In this document: positions 10,805 to 19,945 of the stretch, piece after piece
How the letters are laid out: each line of letters begins with the position of its first letter
How positions within the stretch are numbered: the first letter of the stretch is position 1
IMG/VR virus record: IMGVR_UViG_3300042502_000594
Coordinates: 1,485 to 65,484 of that record
DNA length: 64,000 nt
Origin: a virus
Lineage: Duplodnaviria; Caudoviricetes
Reading direction: 5' to 3' (one strand)
Position numbers and translations under genes: made by a program
The notes under the pieces: model-generated
What the model saw: only the letters and a program-made list of their open reading frames with translations
Database searches by the model: none
Told to the model about the DNA's origin: nothing

Positions 10805-11535
10805 TATCCTAAGTTAAACTCTGAACTTTGTGCAAGGGCGTCAATCATCTCGCTCAGTCGTGGGGCCTTAACCAAAATGTTGGCACTCCACTGAGCCGCC
10901 TCGTACTGCATCTGTAACTCCTTGAACTTCGAGCGGTCTAGTGCTGTTCCCTTGTGGAGACAATACTCCGCCATGAGGTACAAACGGAATGGTTCGGCGT
11001 ATGCTGTGTCGATGAGGCTATTCTCGTTAACGTCCGAGCCGTTTGAGAAGTACTCGATTACCAACTGCCCGTCGGGTATATTGTGATCAAAAATGATATT
11101 GTTGCCGTCTATTCGGTAATAGTTTTGATTCCGTCCACCACCTAAGCCAAACTGACTCTGGTTGTAAAAGAAACCAAAGTATCCGTATGGGAAAAGGCCA
11201 TCCGCAATTACGGGGTCGGTCTTGTCGCTTTCGCATTGAAAGAACTCCTCTGGATATGTCAATGACGTGTCTGGAGTCAGAGTCCAAATGCGACGGCCGG
11301 ACTTGAGTCCAACCTTGGTAATCCTCATGCAGTCCCCTGGCATGGTAAACACTCTTGCCCCAGTATCAATCTTTCCGTAGATCGTTCTCAAAGACACGTT
11401 TCCGTCTAGTGGAGACTTCTCGCTAAAGTAGTCAATGGCTACCTGCACCATCCAGTTAAGCTCACGACCTGTTGGGTTCTTCCCCAAGCGGTAAAGAGCT
11501 GACGTGGCTATGTATTTTATGTTCTTGATCGTCAT
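10804..11535 (-). CDS. Putative tail ring/adaptor protein
   Basis: 243 aa, MPGDCMRITKVG motif, coupled to the muzzle gene; one of three consecutive ~200-250 aa genes matching the crAss-like ring-protein arrangement. Confidence 0.55.
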   Translation of the reverse strand: MTIKNIKYIATSALYRLGKNPTGRELNWMVQVAIDYFSEKSPLDGNVSLRTIYGKIDTGARVFTMPGDCMRITKVGLKSGRRIWTLTPDTSLTYPEEFFQCESDKTDPVIADGLFPYGYFGFFYNQSQFGLGGGRNQNYYRIDGNNIIFDHNIPDGQLVIEYFSNGSDVNENSLIDTAYAEPFRLYLMAEYCLHKGTALDRSKFKELQMQYEAAQWSANILVKAPRLSEMIDALAQSSEFNLG

Positions 11536-12140
11536 TGAGCAACTTGATTTTGCATGTTCTGACCGTCAACCGAGTCGTTACTCAAGTCGTCTTGGTACTG
11601 AGGCTGTGAAGTCAACAACTGCATACACGCCTGGAAGAGCATCACCTCACCTCGGTTTCCTTCCCCGTAAGGTATAATCAAAACGTCGTCGTCAGCCATT
11701 TGATATATGTTGGGAACCATAACAACCGTTACGTCACCCTCAGGCCTCTTGTTGAAACGAAGTTTGTTATTGTACAGAATAGCAGCCGAGCTGTTTGCCC
11801 CACGCAACACCTTCATGGCGTTTGCCTCTGCCTTTGTCTGAATAATGTATTCGTTACTTCCTGTACCTTCGTCCGTAACCGTGAATATAGCAAGTGACCC
11901 CGCCACAGGTTGTGGGTTTAGAGTCACGTAGTATCCGTTCGCGTCCGTTGCTGGAGTAAAAACGTATGGAACTGCCATATCACTCGCATCGTATGGGTTG
12001 GCGCTTACAATATCTGCAAGGGCCATGTTCATCACGCGAGAAATAACCGAGCGTGGATACAGGCGGCGCAAGTCCTCCGGAGTGTCTCCTCCAGTCAACC
12101 TGTGCTGTATGAGTTCTATGGCCTGGCGTTTTGTTATCAT
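11532..12140 (-). CDS. Putative tail ring/adaptor protein
   Basis: 202 aa, ATGA overlaps on both sides; synteny. Confidence 0.45.
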   Translation of the reverse strand: MITKRQAIELIQHRLTGGDTPEDLRRLYPRSVISRVMNMALADIVSANPYDASDMAVPYVFTPATDANGYYVTLNPQPVAGSLAIFTVTDEGTGSNEYIIQTKAEANAMKVLRGANSSAAILYNNKLRFNKRPEGDVTVVMVPNIYQMADDDVLIIPYGEGNRGEVMLFQACMQLLTSQPQYQDDLSNDSVDGQNMQNQVAQ

Positions 12141-12892
12141 ACCTTACTTGGCATTTGAGTCTGAATGTTCCACTGGTTCTCGTTACCGATACCAACATAC
12201 GTCTTAATCATGTCGATCAAGTGGTCTACGCAGCTCTCAGGATACTCAAACTCAACGCTCAAACTAGGATCTCCTGTAGATGCAACAGTATTGTTGGTAT
12301 GTACACTACCCGGAGGTAAATATACGGCAACTCCGTTAACAATGTCGTAGTCGAAGTAAGGAATATTTGGAGTCCTTATGTAAGTAAACGTGATGCGCGG
12401 GATGTACGGATAAATGAAATACTTGTCGTTTCGTGTGACAAGGATTGGGTCATTCTCTTCCGGGTTGTCTACAGGGCTTATGAGAGAGCTTCTCATCTTT
12501 GCGTCGTACTGATGCTGGCTAACAAACTCAACACTTCTGTAGTTGTATTCCATCCCACAGTTCACGTTTAAAAGTTCTAGGTAGCTAGATGACGCCTCAT
12601 ACCAAATGTCGTCTGGAATGTCAGCATAGCCACCCTTTTTCGGATCCCCAGCAAATACCGGGGTGAAATTCATCGCAGGATACTGAGGACTACCCAGGGT
12701 CTTGATGAAGGTCTGAAGGTCGCTTGTAATCTCCCGGTTCTTTTCAAAAAGGTCAACCAAGCGGTTTAAGTATCGTTGGTTAACCGTCTTGATTCCCTTG
12801 TTGAAGGTTTCGGGAGTTACGTATCCTCCGCGCAAGTCCTTACCCGCGCGGAAGAGTAACTCTTCATATATCTGACCTAGGTTAGTAATCAT
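12137..12892 (-). CDS. Putative head-tail adaptor/tail tubular (ring) protein
   Basis: 251 aa; KDLRGGYVTPETFN, ITFTYIRTP and SVEFEYPE motifs resemble adaptor proteins of Bacteroidota podoviruses. Confidence 0.6.
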   Translation of the reverse strand: MITNLGQIYEELLFRAGKDLRGGYVTPETFNKGIKTVNQRYLNRLVDLFEKNREITSDLQTFIKTLGSPQYPAMNFTPVFAGDPKKGGYADIPDDIWYEASSSYLELLNVNCGMEYNYRSVEFVSQHQYDAKMRSSLISPVDNPEENDPILVTRNDKYFIYPYIPRITFTYIRTPNIPYFDYDIVNGVAVYLPPGSVHTNNTVASTGDPSLSVEFEYPESCVDHLIDMIKTYVGIGNENQWNIQTQMPSKV

Positions 12893-15800
12893 TATGGATA
12901 GATTTCAATTCTTATAGTCGCGCCATCTAATACCCCGTTATCTAATTGCGGTCCCGTTCCTCCACTTGGCGCACCAAAAGAAAGAATTTGAACAGTATCG
13001 TTTCCAGCTCTTCTGCCAGCAACACTAACAAGAGCGCCACTATATGCGCCTAAACCAGACTTGTATCCACCAAGGGTCGCCGTAACAACTGTTTTAGAAA
13101 CAGTAAATATTGAGTTTGTTATTGATGCTTCATACGTTCCCACGCCTAAATATCCCCACGTAATAGTCTCTCCTGTAGTGTTTAAAACAACAGTAGCAGT
13201 TGGATCTGATGTGCCGACTTGACTGACGATGGCTAGATACACCTTTGGTGCTATTGTTTCAATTATTTTACCAGAGGCATCAACACTTAATGAACGTGCC
13301 GCCGTTCCAGTGTAGGTCCCAGAGCCATACTCATTTAAAGTGGCTGATAAGTCATCATTTAAAGTAAGTGAAGTGAGCGGAGATGCCCCGCCTGCTTTTA
13401 CCTTAAACTCAAGAGTCCCTCGTTGTGTAGAGGCGTTGGTTACAGGGCTTTCAATAGCCGCTGTTGTAATTGTACTAGACGCCCCTTCTGATTTGAATTG
13501 AATGGAAGATCCGATTCCAGCAGCTCCAACACCTGAGTCTACAGTAGTCTGTAAAATAAGGTTGGTAGCAACCGTGTTATTTGTAGCGCGATCCACCTTC
13601 AATGTAGCTGCTGTGTTGGTTGTAGCAGTAACATCAAGAGCGTTAGTCGTTCCTGTAAGACTAAGCGCATTCGTTGTGCCTGTTACGTCAAGCGCTGTGC
13701 CTATAGTCGATGAAATTTCCACATCACCGGTAGTGCCTGATATTGTCAGCTTCCTAGTATTTAAGTCAATAGTGGTTGCAGCATCTAAAGAGCCACCAAG
13801 AACTATATCTCCAGACGAAATTGATAAACCATTTGAAGCGCCGCTTTCAATTACATTGCCATTAACGTCAACACCTAAAAAATAGGCGGGGTCCCCCGTG
13901 AAGTTTCCGTCACCATATAAAGGAAGTGTTACAGAGGCGTTTGGATTAATAGTAAGCGCAGTTGACTCAACTCCCGCAAGCGTTGTCGTGATGTCTAACT
14001 TAGAGTTTTTTGCAGACGCATTTTGCCATGTGCTTATTATACTAGACATATATCCGGTATAACTTGCGGTTGGCTCATTGGCAGAGAATCTTAAAGAAGT
14101 TCCATGGCCATTACCAGGGAATAATGAGACACCTGCTAACAATAATGTTGGAGAAGCGGTGTTGGTGCTAGCGAGATCCAATGTATTTAAAACTGCCGAC
14201 CCAACACTATGAACGCCCTGAGAACTGAATGCTCTACCCGTTGAATTAGAAACGCTAAGAGAAGGTGAAGTGTCTGATCCAGTTATGCTAACAGAACTTG
14301 TGGTTCCGCTTATTGTTAAATCATTAACGCCTCTGCTTATTGTGGTAGGCTTGGTTAAAGAGCCGCCTAGTTCAATGTTGTTGGCAAACTCAGTTAAACC
14401 ATTTGATGCGCCTAAAATGGAGTTTGTCTCAATAATGTTACCATCAACATCAACTCCTAAAGCATAAGTTGGAGTGCCCGTAATGGTTCCACCGCCATAA
14501 GAATCCAATCTAGCAGAGCCGTCTGAATCAAGAGTAAAGACCGTTGATTCAACACCAGCTAACGCTGTTGTTAATTCAAGTTTAGAATTTTGAGACGCAG
14601 CATTTTCCCACGAGCTTTTTATAGAAGATGTTGTAGGTGTTCCTGCTGTTGTATTTTCTAAAACAAACTCCAATGAGGCGCCAAATCCATTTCCAACGGT
14701 TCCACTTGTACCTGTTTGTACCTTTATGTTTTTAGCAACCGTATTGTCAGTAGCAGTTCTATTAACGGCAAACACACCAGCAAAATCATCGGTGGCTTGC
14801 GCTGCAAAAGCGTTATCAACACCACTTACAACCATTGCGGGGAAACCGCTAGTAGATTTCGCTATGCTTATAAAGCCTGTTGTAATTGGGTAGCTTAAAA
14901 AATAAGGACCTACATTTATTGTAGTGTTTTGATTCAGTATTCCGCCAAGCTCAAGATTAGTTCCTGTCTTGTTGATACCGTTTGCTCCATCGTAAATAAA
15001 GTCAGCGGCAATTTCTTGAAGTTGTCCTTGAACCGTTCCCGCAGTTAGTGGCGCGTTTGGTGTAGCGATAACATCGATTGCTAGGATTGTACCAGCAGGG
15101 TTGTAGTATACTTCCCATTCTAATTCTCCCGGAGTTGCGACTGTACAACGGTAAAGAATACCCGTGCTAACGTCCTGCCAAATTGCGCCAAATTCCACCG
15201 ACGTTTGCAAAGCGCCTGGGTCATCCCCGCCGCCATCATACAAACGGTATTGAATGTTTGCAAGCAGCTCGTCGATTACAGACGTAGCAGAGTTGTTTGA
15301 TACCCAATAGTAAGTATTGTCGTCGCAGCAAGAACACTCGCAACCTGATGCGTCTAATTGAGCCTCTAAAAGTGTAAGTGTTTCTCTGTACTTATCGAGT
15401 TCCCCGCAAGCTCTGTAGTTCATCGCCTGCATATAATATAGGGCCACGTTGTCTACAAATACTTGATACTTAGAAATTCTGTTTCGGATAAGTTCTGTCG
15501 CATGAGCCGCACGAAGGTTCTCAATACAAGGAATTAGCCCGCAAAGTGTTCCCGCGCAAGTAACCGCGAACTCCTTAATTACGGAGTTGTTGTAAAGAAC
15601 AACGAGACCAGAAACTTGCGTTTGTTGGATTTGCTGACTTAAAACAACGGTATAAGTACCTGTAGCAAGCGGAGTCAGTGACGGTGTTGTAGGGTATGGT
15701 AATGAGCTTATTACAACTGGAGGTGTAGTCGTCCAAGATGGATAGTTTACCGTGCAGTTTAAACTCGAAACAATCTCGCCAGATGCAAGATTAGTTGTGT

Positions 15801-16479
15801 TTGAAACTGACCATGTTCCAAAATCGCCGTACTCACAATCGTATATAAAATTTACGTCAGCGCTTACCTGTGTACATCCTGCGTAACTATATGTTGCGCT
15901 AAGCTGTACATTTGATACATCGTAAGTTAGATCGTATGAGCCTGATGGACTAACGGGAGTGTTAAGGGTTATTACGGTATTTCCAGCTGTATAATTTATA
16001 CTAGAAATAGTTCTAGAGCTTGGAAAACCAGGAACAACAGGTGTTAATGTAATGCTATCCCCAACCTCAAAAAAGTCACTCATCCATTCATATCCAGAAA
16101 GAGTGAGAGCGCTTGATGCGGATCCTGTTGGATTAGGAGCGCCTTCAGTCAATCTCAGGCTGTAGCTAATCCCGTAAAGACCATTAGCCACATTTCCGTT
16201 AAGGTCAAGTGGCAAGTCAAAATATCCAGTTGGAGTTCCGTCTAATCCAAAGTTCCAGTTCTGAAGATCAATCAACGGATCTCCAACGGAGTTTTTAGAA
16301 TCGATTACATCTCCGTTAAAAGTGAGAACACCGTATCCCTTAGCCTGTTGCAACACTAAATCAAAGTCTGCAAGACCGGCATAGTCGGTTGAATCGGTGA
16401 CAACGCATCGCGGTATAACTGTCCCTGTAAGGGGATCAACATACGTTAAATCAAACGAAAGGGATACGGTGCTAATCAT
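12892..16479 (-). CDS. Virion structural/fibre protein with three ~190-aa internal repeats
   Basis: 1195 aa, T/S/G-rich; repeated GA(S/-)NG...ELGGxL...TTI and LGVDVxGNxIE units; Cys-rich junction GCECSCC. Confidence 0.6.
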   Translation of the reverse strand: MISTVSLSFDLTYVDPLTGTVIPRCVVTDSTDYAGLADFDLVLQQAKGYGVLTFNGDVIDSKNSVGDPLIDLQNWNFGLDGTPTGYFDLPLDLNGNVANGLYGISYSLRLTEGAPNPTGSASSALTLSGYEWMSDFFEVGDSITLTPVVPGFPSSRTISSINYTAGNTVITLNTPVSPSGSYDLTYDVSNVQLSATYSYAGCTQVSADVNFIYDCEYGDFGTWSVSNTTNLASGEIVSSLNCTVNYPSWTTTPPVVISSLPYPTTPSLTPLATGTYTVVLSQQIQQTQVSGLVVLYNNSVIKEFAVTCAGTLCGLIPCIENLRAAHATELIRNRISKYQVFVDNVALYYMQAMNYRACGELDKYRETLTLLEAQLDASGCECSCCDDNTYYWVSNNSATSVIDELLANIQYRLYDGGGDDPGALQTSVEFGAIWQDVSTGILYRCTVATPGELEWEVYYNPAGTILAIDVIATPNAPLTAGTVQGQLQEIAADFIYDGANGINKTGTNLELGGILNQNTTINVGPYFLSYPITTGFISIAKSTSGFPAMVVSGVDNAFAAQATDDFAGVFAVNRTATDNTVAKNIKVQTGTSGTVGNGFGASLEFVLENTTAGTPTTSSIKSSWENAASQNSKLELTTALAGVESTVFTLDSDGSARLDSYGGGTITGTPTYALGVDVDGNIIETNSILGASNGLTEFANNIELGGSLTKPTTISRGVNDLTISGTTSSVSITGSDTSPSLSVSNSTGRAFSSQGVHSVGSAVLNTLDLASTNTASPTLLLAGVSLFPGNGHGTSLRFSANEPTASYTGYMSSIISTWQNASAKNSKLDITTTLAGVESTALTINPNASVTLPLYGDGNFTGDPAYFLGVDVNGNVIESGASNGLSISSGDIVLGGSLDAATTIDLNTRKLTISGTTGDVEISSTIGTALDVTGTTNALSLTGTTNALDVTATTNTAATLKVDRATNNTVATNLILQTTVDSGVGAAGIGSSIQFKSEGASSTITTAAIESPVTNASTQRGTLEFKVKAGGASPLTSLTLNDDLSATLNEYGSGTYTGTAARSLSVDASGKIIETIAPKVYLAIVSQVGTSDPTATVVLNTTGETITWGYLGVGTYEASITNSIFTVSKTVVTATLGGYKSGLGAYSGALVSVAGRRAGNDTVQILSFGAPSGGTGPQLDNGVLDGATIRIEIYP

Positions 16480-16483
16480 CTTT

Positions 16484-17407
16484 TTATAGTTTTCTTAATT
16501 TACTTAACAATTCATCATTTACTTTGAGGTGATCAATCAAGGCAAATGCGTCCTTCTCTCCTGTTGATTCGAAGAGCGGATTCTTTAACCATTTAGTTCC
16601 GTCACCTCTACGGTCGCGAAGATACCAAATTCCGTCCTCATTTTTAATAAAACCTTCAGAAGAAAGTCGATTTACCATCTCGTGGATAGTCTCCTCGGCC
16701 TTCACCTCTTGTTTCTTTGGACGAGAGTCAAGTATTTCGAACGCGTTTTTGCGGAATGTCTCACTTCCATTCTTGATAGAGTCGTGAAGCATCACGCGGT
16801 TTTCCTCCTCGGAGTTCTTCTTTGGAAGGGCAAGACCGTCGATTGTCTTCAACACCATTTCGTATGGAGTGTCAAAATAAATCATGTTCTCTAACTCACG
16901 AGCGCTCTTAGCTTGGTCAATCTTGCTCTTGGCATCCATCTCTGGTCTGTCAAACTCATAGAAGGGATCTGCCGCAGGGTTTATACACTTGTTTCCCTTA
17001 ATGTTTGGACACAAGAAATACAAGTAGAACAAGAAATCTTTTTGCCCCGGCTGAACGGTCATATTGTTGTCAAGGGTTGTATACCCCGATGGGTAACCCC
17101 AAGATATTTGACCGTCTGCTCTTTTTGGGTAGGTTGTGGCATATTGAACCGGATAAGTGTAACCGTCTTCAGGATCTACAACTAGACCCCTAGCCTTTCT
17201 TGTATTTCCCGTAGGAGCTTCGATTACTGTTCTTATTTCTCCGTCTTTATCTGAAGAAGAAACCTTTTGCAGTCGAAGCATTTTTGATTGCGTAACCTTG
17301 ATTTTCAGAGGAATTCCGTTGTAAAACTCAGGAAATTCTTTTTGCATTATTTCATCTGCCCATATTGGAACAGGTATGGACTCACCTGTACTTATATCGA
17401 AAAGCAT
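16484..17407 (-). CDS. Conserved hypothetical protein following the major capsid gene
   Basis: 307-aa ORF immediately downstream of the MCP terminator; function unknown. Confidence 0.55.
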   Translation of the reverse strand: MLFDISTGESIPVPIWADEIMQKEFPEFYNGIPLKIKVTQSKMLRLQKVSSSDKDGEIRTVIEAPTGNTRKARGLVVDPEDGYTYPVQYATTYPKRADGQISWGYPSGYTTLDNNMTVQPGQKDFLFYLYFLCPNIKGNKCINPAADPFYEFDRPEMDAKSKIDQAKSARELENMIYFDTPYEMVLKTIDGLALPKKNSEEENRVMLHDSIKNGSETFRKNAFEILDSRPKKQEVKAEETIHEMVNRLSSEGFIKNEDGIWYLRDRRGDGTKWLKNPLFESTGEKDAFALIDHLKVNDELLSKLRKL

Positions 17408-17425
17408 AACGTATGTTGGGTTTAT

Positions 17426-17461
17426 AAAAACAAGGGGGTTTTTACACCCCCTATGTTTTTG
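17426..17461 (-). terminator. Intrinsic terminator after the major capsid gene
   Basis: Minus strand AGGGGG-TGTAAAAA-CCCCCT followed by TGTTTTT, just after the MCP stop. Confidence 0.75.
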
Positions 17462-17473
17462 AGTTTACAAAAA

Positions 17474-18865
17474 TTAGTTTACGTTGGTCAACAAACCGTA
17501 CTTCTGAGCGTTGATAAATTTGAACGCGATTTCAGATACGATGTGAACACCAAGTTGCCATACGTCGGTCTTATTAGCCGCCGCACGACCACCAGTCTGC
17601 CACATGTTCATGAATGCACCAGGCTTGTGAGCAAGACGGATATATTTACCCATGTTACCCAAACCGTCGTCAACACCCTGAGAAGTCATTGGCAAGAACA
17701 CCGCGTAACCAGGCCATGGGTTAGCATTGCCATTGCCAGCAGCTACGTTGAACGTCTGTGGGTTATCGAAGATACCCATACGAACAAGACCGAAGTTCTT
17801 GTTGTTGAACACCAAATTGTTGAATGAGTAGGTAGTAGACATCAAGTCTGCGTAAGCACCCTCACCCCAGAAGGTTTTCTCCATCTGAACTTTGTTGATG
17901 CTGATGTTAGCATTCTTGTTGTACTGCAACAAAAGTTGCTCAAGAACAGATGAGCTTTGACCGCTAGTCCAAACCATATAGTTCTTCACAGAACCATCGA
18001 TTTTAGAGAGCTTAGCTTCCAGAGCGTAGATGTCAGTGATGTCGGGACCAGCAGTTGTGGTGTCGCAGTCTACAACCTGACCTGAAGTCAAGATGGTAGG
18101 CAACAAACCATTTGCGAACTGATATCCATTCAATCCGGTGTTGTCAGCTGGAGAGCCTGCCAAGAACGTGTTCACGATAGCAACCTGGTGCTCGCGCTGC
18201 AAGTAGATAATGTCGCGTGAGTTAGAGTATGGAGTCGCAGTACCGTTCTCAAGTTGAGTGTACCAAAGTTGGTTGTAAAGAGCCTCAGAGCTAGAAAGGG
18301 CATCGTTACGGAATGTCTGCAACTTTGCGCTATACTTTGTATCAAATATGAACTTAGGGTCTTGTGCGGGTGAATTTTCCTGAACAGATACACCAACATA
18401 GAAGAATGTGTCATTAGCTGCAATATCAGTAGCAGGAACAACACTAGCCTTTAAAGGACGAAGAGTCAATTGGTTTGCAGCGGGCTTGGTAATAATCTGA
18501 TACAACTCACCAGTCCTAGCATGACGCCAAATTTCATTCTTGATAGGGAAAGAGTAACCAGTTAATGCATCCACCTCGCCAGAAGGAATGGTAACGGTAA
18601 TTGTAGAACCAGCTGTTGCACCACCTGTTTCAGTAGCAACTGTGAAAGGAACCTCCATACGGTTCATTTCGAACCAGTTTACGATTTGCTGCTTAGCAAT
18701 TTCGCGGTTACCAATACCGTTCATGATTTGGTTCATAGCATCCCAGTATTCGTCACCGAACGGGAGGTATGCTACTGCATCGAAGTCGTCCTTCAACGCG
18801 TCCCAGTTATTTAGGATCCCATTGGTCATACCGCCGGGTATCGCTTGGGCTATAAGATTTGCCAT
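17474..18865 (-). CDS. Major capsid protein (crAss-like HK97 fold, inferred)
   Basis: 463 aa, strongly biased codon usage, follows portal and scaffold-like genes, followed by a terminator; NWFE, LQTFR and GLLPTI motifs. Confidence 0.8.
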   Translation of the reverse strand: MANLIAQAIPGGMTNGILNNWDALKDDFDAVAYLPFGDEYWDAMNQIMNGIGNREIAKQQIVNWFEMNRMEVPFTVATETGGATAGSTITVTIPSGEVDALTGYSFPIKNEIWRHARTGELYQIITKPAANQLTLRPLKASVVPATDIAANDTFFYVGVSVQENSPAQDPKFIFDTKYSAKLQTFRNDALSSSEALYNQLWYTQLENGTATPYSNSRDIIYLQREHQVAIVNTFLAGSPADNTGLNGYQFANGLLPTILTSGQVVDCDTTTAGPDITDIYALEAKLSKIDGSVKNYMVWTSGQSSSVLEQLLLQYNKNANISINKVQMEKTFWGEGAYADLMSTTYSFNNLVFNNKNFGLVRMGIFDNPQTFNVAAGNGNANPWPGYAVFLPMTSQGVDDGLGNMGKYIRLAHKPGAFMNMWQTGGRAAANKTDVWQLGVHIVSEIAFKFINAQKYGLLTNVN

Positions 18866-18884
18866 TTTCTTTTAAATTTTTTAA

Positions 18885-19940
18885 TTATTCAACACTCTTT
18901 AATTTCTGTGACGGAAGAGAAATACCTCTAGCCAACAAGTCTTGCTGTGCAGGGGTTAAGTTCTTCGCGTCTACAGTTGTTTTGTCTACACGGTTAATTG
19001 TTTTAGGTTGACCGTTGTAGACCTCTTTGACCACCTTCTTTTCTACGCTTGCCGAAAGTGACTTGGCTATTTGAACTCCGAGATCCCCAGACTGAACCTT
19101 ATGAATGAGGATTTGGTTCTCTAACCAGCTTCTGACCGCTTGCTTTCCTTCTTTAGTGGTCGTATCAAATGCTTGACCTAAATAACCTGCATACTGCGAC
19201 TTCAAAATCGAATCAATCTCTTCGTTTGAAACTTTTAACGAAACTTCTGACTCTCCGAATTTGTAGGGGACATCCTTTAGCTGCTTGGCGTAGGACTCTG
19301 CCTCGGCAAGTGCTATTGTCTGTCTTTCCGCAATCTGCTTTTGAGTTTGGCTCTTTAGCTCTTTTGCAAAGGTAAAAGGATTTTTAACAGTTTCAACATC
19401 TTTCTTAGTCTTTTCAATTATTTCTATAGCGTCTATAGCATCAGACTTTAAAAGAGCTGTCGCGTAATAATCCCCTTCACCTAAGTTATACTTTTCACGA
19501 ATAGCCTCCTCGATGGTCGATTGGCCTAAACGCTTGAATTTGTCTGGGTTCTTTACCGCCTCGGCAATGACGAGTGCCTTGAGTGGATCCTCCATTAATG
19601 AGTCTGGGTTTGAAGAAACGATTTGATTGGCAATCGAAGGATTGATACCCTTTTTGCCAAAGGACACGAGTGTACGTGCTTCTTCATTCCCCCCGAACGG
19701 ATCGTCGGCCTCTTGCAGCAAGGAAAGGCCTTCGTTAATCTCAGCCTCTTTGCTTACAATGTAAGCAGCGCGTTCCTTGTATCCTTTTAACTCCTCGAAC
19801 TCACTTTTAAAGGAGTCCTCGTTTTCATAGCCATAAGCTGCAAACCATGGCATATCAGCCTGGTTTACTTGATCGGCTACTTGTTCGTTAACTTGTTCGT
19901 TAACCTGCTCGTCTTGATTTTCTAATTCGTTGTTTTCCAT
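18885..19940 (-). CDS. Putative capsid scaffolding/assembly protein
   Basis: 351 aa, acidic helical with N-terminal EQVNEQVN repeats, between portal and MCP. Confidence 0.6.
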   Translation of the reverse strand: MENNELENQDEQVNEQVNEQVADQVNQADMPWFAAYGYENEDSFKSEFEELKGYKERAAYIVSKEAEINEGLSLLQEADDPFGGNEEARTLVSFGKKGINPSIANQIVSSNPDSLMEDPLKALVIAEAVKNPDKFKRLGQSTIEEAIREKYNLGEGDYYATALLKSDAIDAIEIIEKTKKDVETVKNPFTFAKELKSQTQKQIAERQTIALAEAESYAKQLKDVPYKFGESEVSLKVSNEEIDSILKSQYAGYLGQAFDTTTKEGKQAVRSWLENQILIHKVQSGDLGVQIAKSLSASVEKKVVKEVYNGQPKTINRVDKTTVDAKNLTPAQQDLLARGISLPSQKLKSVE

Positions 19941-19945
19941 ATATT

